Part shown: positions 38,605 through 51,678 of the stretch, one piece after another
Layout of the letters: every line of letters starts with the position of its first letter
Position numbering within the stretch: the first letter of the stretch is position 1
Assembly (NCBI GenBank): GCA_041576165.1
Contig: JBFGLM010000008.1
Span: forward strand, 1 to 64,000
DNA: 64,000 nucleotides
Direction: 5' to 3'
Source: Acidimicrobiia bacterium
GTDB taxonomy: Bacteria; Actinomycetota; Acidimicrobiia; Spongiisociales; Spongiisociaceae
Translations under genes and position numbers: made by a program
The notes under the pieces: model-generated
The model's database searches: none
The model's input: the letters and a program-made list of their open reading frames with translations, nothing else
Told to the model about the DNA's origin: nothing

Positions 38605-40653
38605 TCACTCGTCTGTCACTTTGGCCGCAGCCACCACTCGATCTACCACCTGTGGTGGCGCCGGCTCGTAGTGCGAAAACTCGATGGTAAAGGTGCCGCG
38701 ACCACCGGTCATCGAGCGAAGATCAACCGAGTACCGTTGCATCTCGCCCATCGGAACCTCCGCCGAGACTATTCGCCCCCCGCCCTCAGCGTCCATGCCG
38801 AGCACCCGGCCGCGTTTGGCATTGATGTCGCCGATCACGTCCCCCGTGTATTCGTCGGGCACCCGGACCGACACCCGACCAATCGGTTCGAGGATCGTCG
38901 GGCTCAGCTGCCGGCCGGCCTCCCGCACCGCCATGATCCCGGCCATCCGAAACGACATCTCGTCCGAGTCCACCGAGTGGTACTTGCCGTCGTACACCGT
39001 CGCCTTTACGTCGACGACCTGGTATCCAGCGATGATCCCGCGCCGTAGCGCCTCCTGGATGCCCTTGTCGACCGCCGGAATCAGGTTGCGGGGAATGGAT
39101 CCGCCTTTGATGGCATCGACGAACTCGTAGCCAGACCCGCGTTCGTTGGGCTCGAACTTCACGTAGGCCACTCCGAATTGACCGCGTCCACCGGACTGTT
39201 TCTTGTGTTTGCCCTCCACGTCGGCCTGACCGAGGATGGTTTCACGGTACGGAATTGTCGGGATGCCGGTGGTGATCTCCACACCGAACTTGCGGGCGAT
39301 GCGGGCGAGTGTGACATCGACATGCGCCTCTCCCAGCCCCGACATCACCGTTTCGTTGGATTCGGCGCGACGCTCCACAATCAAAGTGGGATCCTCTTCC
39401 TGGGCCCTCGACAGAGCGGTGGAGAGTTTGTCCTCGTCCTGATTTGACTTAGGGGCGACCGTCACCTCGTGGACCGGCCTGGGCATAGTGACCGGCTCGA
39501 TCACAACGTCGCTCCCCGGCGAGCGAAGTGTGTCACCGACCCTGACATCATCCAGCTTGGCAACTGCGGCGATGTCCCCGGTGCCGACGGTCTTGGTGTC
39601 GTTGTGTTCTTTGCCGTGCACGAAGAACAAGTTGGACATCTTGACGCGGCCGCCACCAGCCCGCTCCAGATCAGCATCAGCTGAGACGGTGCCCGAGTAC
39701 ACCCGGAACAAATTGATCCGCCCGACGTATTGGTCGCCGGTGGTCTTGAACACATATGCGGCCGACGGACCGCCGCTCACGGCTGTCAGTTCGCCCGCCG
39801 AGGTCTTCGGCATCGGTACTTCGAGCGGATTGGGACCGAAGTCGATGACGAACTCGGCGAGCGTGTCGATCCCGATCATCTTTCCGGCCGATCCGACCAT
39901 GACCGGATAGATGTCGCCCTTGAGCAGGCCGGCGTGGATGACCTCCACCATCTTGTCGCGGCTGGGCTCCTCACCTTCGAAATACGCTTCGAGCAGTTCG
40001 TCATCGGTTTCGACCACTGCCTCTACCAGGGCGGTGTGCGCTTCCTCCACCGTTTTGGCGACCGAGTCGGGCATCTCTGCTGCACTGCCCGTCGGTGAAC
40101 CGGCCGTATAGGTATACGCACGCTGCGATACCACCCTGACGATCCCGCTGAGATCGTCCTCCTCACCGATCGGCACCTGGATTGGGGCGACCCGCTTCCC
40201 GAAGATGTTTTTGAGCTGATCGAGGGTGCGGGTGAAAGAGGCCCGCTCGCGATCGAGCTTGTTGATGAAGATCGCCCGGGCGATCCCCTCCTGGCCGGCG
40301 ATGTCCCACAGCAGCTCGGTCTGAACCTCGACACCGTCGACTGCTGAAACCACGAAGACGGCAAGGTCGGCGGCCCGCAGGGCGGATCGAGCGTCGCCAA
40401 TGAAGTCGGCGTAACCAGGAGAGTCGATGATGTTGACCTTGTGGCCGCTGCGTTCGATCGAGGCGACGGACAGTCCGAGCGAGATCTTGCGTTCGATTTC
40501 CTCCGGTTCGTAGTCCATCACAGTGTTGCCGTCGTCCACGCGTCCGGCCCGGGTGGTCCGGCCTGCCGCAAACAGCAGTGTTTCAGCGATTGAGGTCTTG
40601 CCTGAGCCGCCGTGTCCGACCAGGGCGATATTGCGGATCTTCTCGGGGTCCAC
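38605..40653 (-). CDS. Elongation factor G paralog (EF-G2 type)
   Basis: GHGGSGKT, DSPGYADF (Tyr for His), NKLD, KKQSGGRGQF and YHSVDS; outside the str operon. Confidence 0.92.
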   Translation of the reverse strand: MDPEKIRNIALVGHGGSGKTSIAETLLFAAGRTTRAGRVDDGNTVMDYEPEEIERKISLGLSVASIERSGHKVNIIDSPGYADFIGDARSALRAADLAVFVVSAVDGVEVQTELLWDIAGQEGIARAIFINKLDRERASFTRTLDQLKNIFGKRVAPIQVPIGEEDDLSGIVRVVSQRAYTYTAGSPTGSAAEMPDSVAKTVEEAHTALVEAVVETDDELLEAYFEGEEPSRDKMVEVIHAGLLKGDIYPVMVGSAGKMIGIDTLAEFVIDFGPNPLEVPMPKTSAGELTAVSGGPSAAYVFKTTGDQYVGRINLFRVYSGTVSADADLERAGGGRVKMSNLFFVHGKEHNDTKTVGTGDIAAVAKLDDVRVGDTLRSPGSDVVIEPVTMPRPVHEVTVAPKSNQDEDKLSTALSRAQEEDPTLIVERRAESNETVMSGLGEAHVDVTLARIARKFGVEITTGIPTIPYRETILGQADVEGKHKKQSGGRGQFGVAYVKFEPNERGSGYEFVDAIKGGSIPRNLIPAVDKGIQEALRRGIIAGYQVVDVKATVYDGKYHSVDSDEMSFRMAGIMAVREAGRQLSPTILEPIGRVSVRVPDEYTGDVIGDINAKRGRVLGMDAEGGGRIVSAEVPMGEMQRYSVDLRSMTGGRGTFTIEFSHYEPAPPQVVDRVVAAAKVTDE

Positions 40654-40743
40654 CTCTTCTCCTTACCTCAACCGTGCCAGGAGTGTAGTGATGCCTTTCG
40701 GGTCGGGGACCTGTGGTACCTTGACGTGTCCAAGGGAGGTCTC

Positions 40744-41337
40744 TTGATCGAACTCCGGGTCCGGCATCGGATCGACATCATCGTCATTCCGATCGGGCAA
40801 ACCCTCGCCAAGATCGGGATCCGGCCGATTCATCTGACCCTGGGCGGCCTGTTCGTCACATTGCTCGGGGCCGTGCTCCTGGCCTCGGGGGAGACCATCG
40901 TCGGCCCGATCTTGATGCTCGGCGGTTCTGCACTCGATGGTCTCGACGGGGCGGTGGCACGGGCCGCCGGCACCGCGTCGGCGCGTGGCGCCTTGATTGA
41001 TTCGATATCGGATCGGATCGGTGAAACCGCCATGTTCGCGGCCTGTGCATTCTGGCTGACCTCCAAGGCCAGCCCCAGCGAAGGGGACCCGGCGCTGGTC
41101 CTCTTGACCGTGTTGAGCTTGGGGGCGGCCCTGCTGGTGTCGTACATGCGGGCGAAAGCCGAGACGACCGGAGTTGACGGTCGGGGTGGTCTCATGGGCC
41201 GGGCAGAACGGGTCATCCTGTTCACCGCGGGTTTCATGTCGGGACAAGTGACGGTCATGTTGTGGCTCATGGCCATCCTCACGTGGTTGACCGTCGGACA
41301 GCGCTTCTGGAAGACCTGGCAGCAGCTCGAAGGGTGA
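40744..41337 (+). CDS. pgsA: CDP-alcohol phosphatidyltransferase (PI/PIP synthase)
   Basis: DGLDGAVAR...GALIDSISDR signature; operon with patA and pimA. Confidence 0.9.
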   Translation: MIELRVRHRIDIIVIPIGQTLAKIGIRPIHLTLGGLFVTLLGAVLLASGETIVGPILMLGGSALDGLDGAVARAAGTASARGALIDSISDRIGETAMFAACAFWLTSKASPSEGDPALVLLTVLSLGAALLVSYMRAKAETTGVDGRGGLMGRAERVILFTAGFMSGQVTVMLWLMAILTWLTVGQRFWKTWQQLEG

Positions 41338-42233
41338 AGGATCGGCTCGTCTACGCCGCCTACCGTACCGGCTCCGCCTTCGTGGGCGCACTCCCGGAGC
41401 CGGTCATTCGCTGGGGAGGTTCGTTGATCGGCCGGCTGGCGTGGACATGGGCGGATAGTCGCAAGACGATGGCCCGCCGGCACATGGCCCGGGTAGTGGG
41501 CGACGGACCCCAGGCAGAACGTGCTGCGCGCCGGGTCTTTGCGGCCTACGGTCGCTACTGGGCCGAGGTGTTCTGGTACCGCCCCCGCCGATTCGCCCAG
41601 GTAGAGCAAAAGGTCCGGATCGATGGTCTCGACCACTTACGGCAGGCGGTCGACGCCGGACGCCCTGTGATCCTGACCCTGCCCCATCTCGGCAACTGGG
41701 AGATGGCTGCCACGGCGGCAGAGCGGGCCGGCGTCCGGATAACCGCTGTGGCCGAGTCGCTCGGAAACCCGCTCATCACCCAGTGGTTCCTCCGCGTGCG
41801 GAGGAAGCTGGCGATTGACATCGTCCTGACCGGCCAAGGTGGCGGCGCCACTCGGAAGCTCATCGAAGCGCTCCGCTCGGGGCAAACGGTTGCCCTACTG
41901 AGCGACCGGGACCTGACCGGCCGCGGGGTCGAGGTCGAGTTCTTCGGGGAAAGGACAACGTTACCGGCCGGCCCGGCGGCCCTGGCCGTTCGAACCGGCG
42001 CGGCCATCATCCCGGTGGCCTGCTACTTCCAGGACGGTGCCGGGCATCATGCGGTCATCGAGCCCGAGCTCGAAGTACCGGTCGAAGGTTCGACCGAGGA
42101 ACGTGTGAATGCAACGACGCAGCGGCTGGCCGGGATTCTCGAACTCCAGATCCGCCGCCACCCCGATCAGTGGCACCTGGTGCAGCCCAACTGGCCGTCC
42201 GACCGCGAGCTGCTAGTTGAGGTCGGCCCGTGA
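41334..42233 (+). CDS. patA: Phosphatidylinositol mannoside acyltransferase
   Basis: RYWAE, PHLGNWE, DRDL, VEFFGE and QWH motifs; gene context. Confidence 0.88.
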   Translation: MKDRLVYAAYRTGSAFVGALPEPVIRWGGSLIGRLAWTWADSRKTMARRHMARVVGDGPQAERAARRVFAAYGRYWAEVFWYRPRRFAQVEQKVRIDGLDHLRQAVDAGRPVILTLPHLGNWEMAATAAERAGVRITAVAESLGNPLITQWFLRVRRKLAIDIVLTGQGGGATRKLIEALRSGQTVALLSDRDLTGRGVEVEFFGERTTLPAGPAALAVRTGAAIIPVACYFQDGAGHHAVIEPELEVPVEGSTEERVNATTQRLAGILELQIRRHPDQWHLVQPNWPSDRELLVEVGP

Positions 42234-43285
42234 AAGTCGCGGTCGTCTGCCCCTATGCGCTTGATCAGCCCGGCGGCGTGCAGTCGCAGACTCGCGAGCT
42301 GGTCCTCCGCCTGCTGACAGCAGGCGACGATGCGTGGCTGGTTGGTCCGGGGACGGACCCGGGCGACGTTCCCATGCGGTCCGTGGGCGGCAGCGTACGC
42401 GTGCCTGCCAACAAGTCGGTTGCTCCCATCTCGCTCGCCCCGGGCGCCGCCGCTCGCGTGCGAACAGCACTGGCGGGCGCCGACGTGATTCACGTCCACG
42501 AGCCCCTGATTCCGGTCGTGGCGTGGGCAGCGGTGCGGGCGCGGCCGGCGGTGCACACGTTTCACGCGGACCCTTCGGCCTTGGTCCGCCGGATCTACCG
42601 CGTGTTCGGCCCTGCGCTGGCCCGGCTCATGGCGGGGGCCACGGCCACCGCCGTGAGCGAGGTGGCCGCAAGCGCCATCCGACCCTTCATGGACTGCTCA
42701 GAAATCATCCCGAACGGCGTCGACGTGGCGTCATACCGCTCTTCTGAGATGGCCAGAACACCCGGGCGGGTGGCGTTCCTAGGGCGCAACGAGCCGCGCA
42801 AGGGGCTCGATGTGCTGGAGTCGGCCTGGCCCTCGATCAGCATGGCGGTGCCCGGCGCGACCCTGCACGTACTTGGTGCCTCCGGGTCCGACCGGGATGG
42901 GATCCGTTACCTCGGCCGGGTAGACGAGTCGACCAAACGCTCCGAACTGGCGGCCGCAAGCGTGTTTTGTGCGCCGAACCGCGGAGGCGAGAGCTTCGGG
43001 ATCACTCTCGTCGAAGGCATGGCGGCTGGCTGCGCCGTGGTGGCATCGGACCTCGAATCGTTCCGGGCAGTGGCCGGTGACGCTGCTCTGTTCGTGCGTC
43101 CAGGGGAACCGGCGGCTCTGGCCGATGGGGTGATCTCGCTGCTCCGCAACGAGCCGCGCGCCAAGGGGCTGGCGGGCGCTGGTATGCAGCGCGCCCGGCG
43201 GTACGATTGGGATGCAATAGTGCCGCGCTACCGTCGGCTGTATCAGCAGGTCGTTGCGGAACTGCATCCGCCCGGCGGGCGTTAA
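42230..43285 (+). CDS. pimA: GT4 glycosyltransferase (phosphatidyl-myo-inositol mannosyltransferase)
   Basis: CPY..PGGVQ, HVHEP, EPRKG and GESFGITLVEGMAAG motifs. Confidence 0.88.
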   Translation: MKVAVVCPYALDQPGGVQSQTRELVLRLLTAGDDAWLVGPGTDPGDVPMRSVGGSVRVPANKSVAPISLAPGAAARVRTALAGADVIHVHEPLIPVVAWAAVRARPAVHTFHADPSALVRRIYRVFGPALARLMAGATATAVSEVAASAIRPFMDCSEIIPNGVDVASYRSSEMARTPGRVAFLGRNEPRKGLDVLESAWPSISMAVPGATLHVLGASGSDRDGIRYLGRVDESTKRSELAAASVFCAPNRGGESFGITLVEGMAAGCAVVASDLESFRAVAGDAALFVRPGEPAALADGVISLLRNEPRAKGLAGAGMQRARRYDWDAIVPRYRRLYQQVVAELHPPGGR

Positions 43286-43331
43286 ACCGCCGCAACACGT
43301 TCCGACCCTCTTCGAGCTCCATGGAGTGCCC

Positions 43332-44393
43332 GTGAAACGCATCGCCACCGTTCTCGTGTGTTTGGCCGTCGCTTCCGCTGCCTGCGGTGGCGGCGGGGCC
43401 GAGGCGACCGACCAGACAACGACGCCAACTACTCGCGCAACCACCACCTCCAGTACCGAACCAGCTTCCACCACGGCACCGTCGACCCCGAGCACCACGC
43501 TGGCCGGCCCCGGCGACGGCTGGTATTGGTCCGGCGAGCGGCTGGAGGCCGGCGAGAACCCGGCCAGTACCGAAGTACTCATCGCCAAATACTCCAACGC
43601 GCCCAAGTCCCGACCCCAGCAAGGACTGGGGGCGGCCGACATGGCGTTTGAGGTCCTGGTCGAGGGTGGCGTCGTTCGGATCCTGGCCGTATTCCAATCC
43701 GAGATCCCGGACGTCATCGGTCCGCTCCGCAGCGCCCGCGAGGTCGATCCGAAACTGATCGAGCCCTTCAACGCCTTCTACGCCAGCTCCGGTGGCCAGC
43801 CGGCCGTAATGCGCGACATCGGCGCCGTTGCGGTAGATGTCAGCGACGGGCCTGGGCCCGGCTATTTCCGGCAGTCGGGCCGATCGGCTCCGTACAACCT
43901 GTTCGTGAACACCGCCCCACTCCTGGAAGTCGCTGAACTCAATCCCACCCCCAACCAATGGGTCACCTTCGACGAAACCGCACCCGACGGGGAGCAGGCG
44001 TTATCGGTCGAGGTAGACATCTCGAGTTTTCACACCGCCAACTATCGATACTCGGCCGCCGACGGCGGGTACCTGCGGTTCAACGGCGAACAACCCCATA
44101 CGACGGTTGACGAGACCCAGCTTGTCGCATCGACCGTGGTGGTCTTGTTCGTCGAGCCCTTGTCGACGGGACGGGTCGACGGCTCGGGCACACCGGTCCC
44201 AGACTTCGAAGTCCTGGGTACCGGCGACGCAATAGTGTTCCGCGACTCGGTCGCCATCCCGGGTACCTGGGAGCGGGGACGGTCCTCGGATTTCTTCCGA
44301 CTGTTTGACGCCGACGGCACCGAGGTACCTTTGAAACCGGGGCAGATCTGGTTCGAGCTGGTCCCGAACGGCCGCACCGTGGAGTGGCAGTAG
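43332..44393 (+). CDS. DUF3048-like lipoprotein
   Basis: Lipobox SAAC; [29 protein letters not shown]. Confidence 0.87.
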   Translation: MKRIATVLVCLAVASAACGGGGAEATDQTTTPTTRATTTSSTEPASTTAPSTPSTTLAGPGDGWYWSGERLEAGENPASTEVLIAKYSNAPKSRPQQGLGAADMAFEVLVEGGVVRILAVFQSEIPDVIGPLRSAREVDPKLIEPFNAFYASSGGQPAVMRDIGAVAVDVSDGPGPGYFRQSGRSAPYNLFVNTAPLLEVAELNPTPNQWVTFDETAPDGEQALSVEVDISSFHTANYRYSAADGGYLRFNGEQPHTTVDETQLVASTVVVLFVEPLSTGRVDGSGTPVPDFEVLGTGDAIVFRDSVAIPGTWERGRSSDFFRLFDADGTEVPLKPGQIWFELVPNGRTVEWQ

Positions 44394-45307
44394 AATCGGT
44401 CCCGGCACAGTCAGGAGCACGAGTCGTGGAACAAGGGACTGATCGCGTAAAGCGAGGTTTGGCGGAGATGTTGAAGGGCGGCGTCATCATGGACGTCGTG
44501 ACGCCCGAGCAGGCCACCATCGCCGAGGAAGCCGGAGCCGTTTCGGTGATGGCCCTCGAGCGTGTGCCGGCCGACATCCGCCAGCATGGAGGGGTCGCTC
44601 GGATGGCCGACCCCACTGTGATCGACCAGATCATGGCCGCGGTGAGCATCCCGGTGATGGCGAAGGCCCGGATCGGACATTTCGTCGAAGCCCAGGTGCT
44701 GCAGGCGCTGGGGGTCGACTACATCGACGAGTCGGAGGTCCTGACGCCGGCCGACATGAACCTCCACATCGACAAGTGGGCATTCACGACCCCGTTCGTG
44801 TGCGGTGCTCGGAACCTGGGTGAGGCTCTGCGCCGCATCGGGGAAGGGGCAGCCATGATCCGCACCAAGGGCGAACCCGGTACCGGAAACATCGTGGAAG
44901 CCGTCACCCACATGCGGGCGATGAACGACGAGATCCGGCGGCTCTCCACCCTCACGTCAGAGGAACTCATGGCCGCCGCCCGGGACCTCAAGGCCCCCTA
45001 CGAGCTGGTCAAAGAGGTCGCCGAGACCGGGCGCCTACCGGTGGTGAACTTTGCCGCCGGTGGCATCGCCACGCCGGCCGACGCGGCCCTCATGATGCAG
45101 CTCGGCTGTGACGGTGTGTTCGTGGGATCGGGCATCTTCAAGAGCGGCGACCCGGCCCAACGGGCGCGGGCAATCGTTGAAGCGACAACGTTCTATCGGG
45201 ATCCGCAGATCATCGCCAAGGTTTCCCGCGGGCTGGGCGAGGCGATGGTCGGAATCAACATCGACGACATCCCCGCCGAGCAGCGGATGGCCGAGCGAGG
45301 CTGGTAG
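44384..45307 (+). CDS. pdxS: Pyridoxal 5'-phosphate synthase lyase subunit
   Basis: [18 protein letters not shown] and [16 protein letters not shown] motifs; start may be 44426. Confidence 0.98.
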   Translation: MAVESVPAQSGARVVEQGTDRVKRGLAEMLKGGVIMDVVTPEQATIAEEAGAVSVMALERVPADIRQHGGVARMADPTVIDQIMAAVSIPVMAKARIGHFVEAQVLQALGVDYIDESEVLTPADMNLHIDKWAFTTPFVCGARNLGEALRRIGEGAAMIRTKGEPGTGNIVEAVTHMRAMNDEIRRLSTLTSEELMAAARDLKAPYELVKEVAETGRLPVVNFAAGGIATPADAALMMQLGCDGVFVGSGIFKSGDPAQRARAIVEATTFYRDPQIIAKVSRGLGEAMVGINIDDIPAEQRMAERGW

Positions 45308-45901
45308 ATGCGGATCGGCGTTCTGGCGCTCCAGGGCGACTTCCGTGAGCACAAACAGGCGGTCGAGGCGCTGGGCCACGAGCCGGTGGAGGTGCGCCTG
45401 CCCGAGGAGCTGGACACGCTCGACGCGCTGGTCGTCCCGGGCGGCGAGTCGACCGCAATTGGGAAGCTCGCCACGATGTACGGGCTCATCGAACCCCTCC
45501 AAAAGCACATCCAGTCGGGCCTACCTGTGCTCGGAACGTGTGCCGGCATGATCTTGCTGGCCGCGGGGGTCACGGATGGGGAGCAATCCCAGCTCGGGGT
45601 GCTGGATGCGGTGGTTGAAAGGAACGCATACGGCCGCCAAAACGAGTCGTTTGAAGCCGACATCGAGATCCGGGGTTTTGACCGACCGGTGCGGGCGGTG
45701 TTCATCCGGGCTCCCCGGATTGCAGCGCACGGCGAGGGTGTCGAGGTGTTGGGATCCGTCGATGGCCACCCGGTCGCGGTGCGGCAGGGGCACGTGCTGG
45801 CGATATCGTTTCACCCTGAACTGACTGAAGATCGCAGGTTTCACCAGATGCTGATTGAGATGGCAGGCAGGAAGACCGTGGGCGACGGAGCGCATGACTG
45901 A
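45308..45901 (+). CDS. pdxT: PLP synthase glutaminase subunit
   Basis: ALQGDF, PGGEST, GTCAG and FHPE motifs. Confidence 0.97.
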   Translation: MRIGVLALQGDFREHKQAVEALGHEPVEVRLPEELDTLDALVVPGGESTAIGKLATMYGLIEPLQKHIQSGLPVLGTCAGMILLAAGVTDGEQSQLGVLDAVVERNAYGRQNESFEADIEIRGFDRPVRAVFIRAPRIAAHGEGVEVLGSVDGHPVAVRQGHVLAISFHPELTEDRRFHQMLIEMAGRKTVGDGAHD

Positions 45902-46644
45902 TGGCCGGGCATTCGAAATGGGCCAACATCAAGCACCGCAAAGGACGCCAGGACGCAGCCCGCGGCAAGCTGTTTGCCAAGCTGTGCCGGGTGGTTGAGG
46001 CGGCGGCCCGAGCTGGCGGAGGAGATCCGGCCTCCAACGCATCGCTCGCCACAGCGATCGAGAAAGCCAAGTCGGCTTCGGTACCCAAAGACAACATCGA
46101 GCGCGCCATCAAACGAGGTGTCGGCGAACTCGATTCCGAGCAGCTCGAAGAGGTCTTTTATGAGGGCTACGCACCAGGAGGCGTCGCCTTGTATGTGCAG
46201 ATCCTGACCGACAACCGCAATCGGGCCGCGTCGGATGTTCGCTCAGTCTTCTCCAAGAATGGCGGCAACCTGGGCGAGCCCGGCTCGGTGGCGTACCTGT
46301 TCGACCAGAAGGGATATCTGCTGGTGAGCGGGGACGAGGACGAGGTCATGCTGGCCGCGCTCGAAGCGGGAGCCGAGGATGTCCGCCCCTCAGGGGAACA
46401 GTTCGAGGTGATCACCGCCCCCACGGACTTCAGCAGCGTCCGGGACTCGCTGGTCGCCGCCGGGATCGAACCGGAAGAGGCATCGGTCACCCAGCTTCCT
46501 TCGACGACCGTGCCGGTGGACGAGAAGACCGCCGGGCAGGTGTTGCGGCTGGTCGACGCCCTGGATGACCTCGACGATGTCCAGGAGGTCTTCGGCAATT
46601 TCGACATCCCGGACGAGGTGCTGGGGAAGCTGGCCGACGCTTGA
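45901..46644 (+). CDS. yebC: YebC/PmpR family protein
   Basis: MAGHSKWANIKHRK and TDNRNR motifs. Confidence 0.97.
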   Translation: MAGHSKWANIKHRKGRQDAARGKLFAKLCRVVEAAARAGGGDPASNASLATAIEKAKSASVPKDNIERAIKRGVGELDSEQLEEVFYEGYAPGGVALYVQILTDNRNRAASDVRSVFSKNGGNLGEPGSVAYLFDQKGYLLVSGDEDEVMLAALEAGAEDVRPSGEQFEVITAPTDFSSVRDSLVAAGIEPEEASVTQLPSTTVPVDEKTAGQVLRLVDALDDLDDVQEVFGNFDIPDEVLGKLADA

Positions 46645-46942
46645 ACATCCAGGAACTCCTCCGGCCTGGCGAGTCCGAACCTCCGCGGCGGCCCGGGTGC
46701 GAGATGGTCCGTGCTGTTACGGCTCCCGCCCGACTCATTCGCCTACTGCCCGCAGGCTCTCGGTCAACCACTTTGAAGTGGTCCGGTGGGTGATTGGTAG
46801 GGTCTGACGCCCCATCCGAATCCGGATCGGCCCGCTCCGCCCGTTCGGCCACGTACGGCATCCTCCTGCCATCCGTGGCTCGCCGACCCCCCTCGCAAAA
46901 GACGAATTGCCACCGCCCGAGAACCGGTGACGATACACTCCC

Positions 46943-46956
46943 CAAACATATGTTCG
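46943..46956. promoter_or_regulatory. LexA (SOS) box candidate over the ruvC start
   Basis: C-AAAC-ATAT-GTTC-G versus the Gram-positive consensus CGAAC-N4-GTTCG; -10 TACACT just upstream. Confidence 0.7.
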
Positions 46957-47450
46957 TATTGGGGATCGATCCGGGTTTGACCACGACCGGCTACGGAGGC
47001 GTGCGACGGGAGCGGGGCCGGCTCCACGCTGTCACGGTCGGTGTGATCCGCACAGATCCGCGACGATCTGTTGCCGAGCGGTTGGCGGAGCTGCACCGGG
47101 ACATCACCTCAGTGCTCGAGGAGCAGCAGCCTGATGTTGTCGCCATCGAGCAGGTGTTCGTCAACCGGAACCTGCAGACAGCTATGTCCGTGGCCCGAGC
47201 CACCGGGGTGATACTGCTGGCTGCGACGCAAAGCGGGCTGGCCACCGCCGAGTACACCCCGTCATCAGTGAAGGCCGCGATCGCCGGTTACGGCTCGGCG
47301 CCGAAGGACCAAGTCCAGAAGATGGTGGTCAGCCGTCTCCGACTGGCCACGGTCCCGCAACCAACGGACGCGGCCGACGCGCTCGCCATCGCCCTGTGTC
47401 ACCTCCAGTCGCACCGGCATCTCGCCATTCAGCAGAAAGGAACAGCATGA
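46950..47450 (+). CDS. ruvC: Holliday junction resolvase
   Basis: LGIDPG, AIEQVF, GYGSAPK and DAADALA motifs. Confidence 0.96.
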   Translation: MFVLGIDPGLTTTGYGGVRRERGRLHAVTVGVIRTDPRRSVAERLAELHRDITSVLEEQQPDVVAIEQVFVNRNLQTAMSVARATGVILLAATQSGLATAEYTPSSVKAAIAGYGSAPKDQVQKMVVSRLRLATVPQPTDAADALAIALCHLQSHRHLAIQQKGTA

Positions 47451-48025
47451 TCGGCCGCCTGCGCGGAACACTGGTCGCACGAACCGGGGAGTGCGTGATC
47501 GTCGATGTCGGCGGGGTCGGGTACGAGGTCGTGGTGACCCCACGCGATGCGGCCGAGCTGCCCGGGGTCGGCGAAGAGATCGTGGTGCACACTCACCTCC
47601 ACGTACGCGAAGACATCATGGCTGTTTACGGGTTTGTCAGCTCGGCAGCGCGGGATCTCTTCCGGGTGCTGATCAGCACCTCCGGCATCGGACCCAAGGT
47701 GGCGATGGCGATGCTGGCCAGTTACCGCCCCGACCAGCTTCGGGCCGCGGTCGCGACGGAGGACCTGGATGCCCTGAGCGCAATCCCCGGTATCGGGAAG
47801 CGAACGGCCCAGAAACTCATCCTCGAACTCCGGCCCCGGCTGGCCGACCTCGACGCGGAAACATTGGTGGGATCGGATGAATCTCCGACCGGACGCATCC
47901 GGGAGGCGCTCGAGGGGCTTGGCTACTCGCCGGCGGAGATCCGGACCGTGGTCGGCAGCCTACCGGCGGACGCTCCGCTCCAAGAACAGCTTCGTCAAGC
48001 CCTCCAGACCCTGGGGCGCCGTTGA
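47447..48025 (+). CDS. ruvA: Holliday junction branch migration protein
   Basis: DVGGVGY, HVRED, SGIGPK and PGIGKRTA motifs. Confidence 0.96.
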   Translation: MIGRLRGTLVARTGECVIVDVGGVGYEVVVTPRDAAELPGVGEEIVVHTHLHVREDIMAVYGFVSSAARDLFRVLISTSGIGPKVAMAMLASYRPDQLRAAVATEDLDALSAIPGIGKRTAQKLILELRPRLADLDAETLVGSDESPTGRIREALEGLGYSPAEIRTVVGSLPADAPLQEQLRQALQTLGRR

Positions 48026-48043
48026 TGACGAGAGGAGCCCGTT

Positions 48044-49066
48044 GTGCGTGAAGAAGGGCTGCTGGTTGCCGGGTCACTGCCCGGTGACGACGCAATCGAG
48101 ACAACGCTGCGGCCGCAATCACTGGACCAGTTCGTCGGACAGCCCAAGCTCAAGGAACGGCTGGGGATCTCCCTCGACGCCGCCCGCACTCTGCGCAAGC
48201 CACTCGACCACATGTTGTTGTCGGGACCTCCCGGCCTCGGCAAGACGACGCTGGCCCGCATCATCGCTCACGAGTTGGATACCCACATGCGGCCGACATC
48301 GGGACCGGCGATCGAACGCCCGGGCGACCTGGCCTCGATGCTGTCGAACCTCGACAACGGCGACGTGTTCTTCATCGACGAGATCCACCGCTTGCCTCGG
48401 GCGATCGAGGAGGTCTTGTACTCGGCGATGGAAGACTTCGAACTGGACATCGTGCTGGGCAAAGGTCCGGCGGCGCAATCAATCCGGCTAGAGCTCGCTC
48501 GCTTCACATTGGTCGGCGCCACCACCCGAATGGGAACGGTCGCCGCTCCGCTACGCGATCGGTTCGGGATCGTCGACCGTCTGGATTATTACGACGCGGA
48601 TGATCTGGGCAAGATCGTGAGTCGCTCCGCCGCAATCCTCGGCGTGGACATCACGGCCGAAGGAGCTGCGATCATCGCCGGCCGCAGCCGCGGGACGCCC
48701 CGGATCGCCAACCGGCTACTGGCCCGGGTCCGCGAGTATTCGGTGGCTCGAGCCGATGGGATCGTCGATGGGGAAACGGCCAACCGAGCGCTCGCCATCT
48801 GGGAGGTGGACGCAATGGGGCTGGACAAGGTGGACAGAGCCATTCTCACGGCGATCATCGACACATTTGAAGGGGGTCCGGTAGGGCTCTCCACTCTGGC
48901 TATCGCTGTCGGAGAAGAACCCGAGACGGTCGAAGCGGCCTACGAGCCCTTCTTGCTGCAGCGCGGCTTGCTACAGCGGACTCCCCGGGGGCGGGTGGCG
49001 ACCGCGGCGGCCTACGAGCATCTCGGGTTCGAGCCGCCCGCACCGGGCCAGCCCTCGCTGCTCTGA
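48044..49066 (+). CDS. ruvB: Holliday junction DNA helicase
   Basis: [21 protein letters not shown] and RTPRGR motifs. Confidence 0.98.
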   Translation: MREEGLLVAGSLPGDDAIETTLRPQSLDQFVGQPKLKERLGISLDAARTLRKPLDHMLLSGPPGLGKTTLARIIAHELDTHMRPTSGPAIERPGDLASMLSNLDNGDVFFIDEIHRLPRAIEEVLYSAMEDFELDIVLGKGPAAQSIRLELARFTLVGATTRMGTVAAPLRDRFGIVDRLDYYDADDLGKIVSRSAAILGVDITAEGAAIIAGRSRGTPRIANRLLARVREYSVARADGIVDGETANRALAIWEVDAMGLDKVDRAILTAIIDTFEGGPVGLSTLAIAVGEEPETVEAAYEPFLLQRGLLQRTPRGRVATAAAYEHLGFEPPAPGQPSLL

Positions 49067-49194
49067 CGCTCACCTCGGCTCCGCCGTCGTCGCCCTTCGT
49101 TGCGAGCCGCGCCGGCGAGCCAAACCAGCCTCCTCGAGCGTCCGGCGTCCTGGAGAATAACGCCGGGGCGTGCTTCCATTTCTGCTGCTCTGCA

Positions 49195-51331
<2,137 letters not shown>

Positions 51332-51374
51332 GTCCTCGCCCGCTGGCTGCGGGCTTTTTCGTGGAAGGAACCAG

Positions 51375-51677
51375 ATGTTGGTCTTGGCCCAGGAGACGAG
51401 CGCAGGCAGCGGCATTGCCGGCCTGCTGCTCCCGCTCCTGCTTTTCGGCGGAATCTTCTACTTCCTGATCATCCGACCGCAACGCAACCGGGTGCGCAAA
51501 CAACAGGAGCTGGCGCAGGCGATGGAGATTGGCGATCACGTCCGTACCTACGGTGGCGTCTTTGGCGTCGTCCTAGCCATCGACGACGAAGCTGTAGTGC
51601 TCGGCCTGGAGGAGGGTCGGATGCGGGTCGCCAAACAGGCGATCGCCGCTCGTTTGAACAACGAAACCGAAGGCTGA
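51375..51677 (+). CDS. yajC: Preprotein translocase subunit YajC
   Basis: FYFLIIRPQ and GDHVRTYGG motifs. Confidence 0.93.
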   Translation: MLVLAQETSAGSGIAGLLLPLLLFGGIFYFLIIRPQRNRVRKQQELAQAMEIGDHVRTYGGVFGVVLAIDDEAVVLGLEEGRMRVAKQAIAARLNNETEG

Positions 51678-51678
51678 C

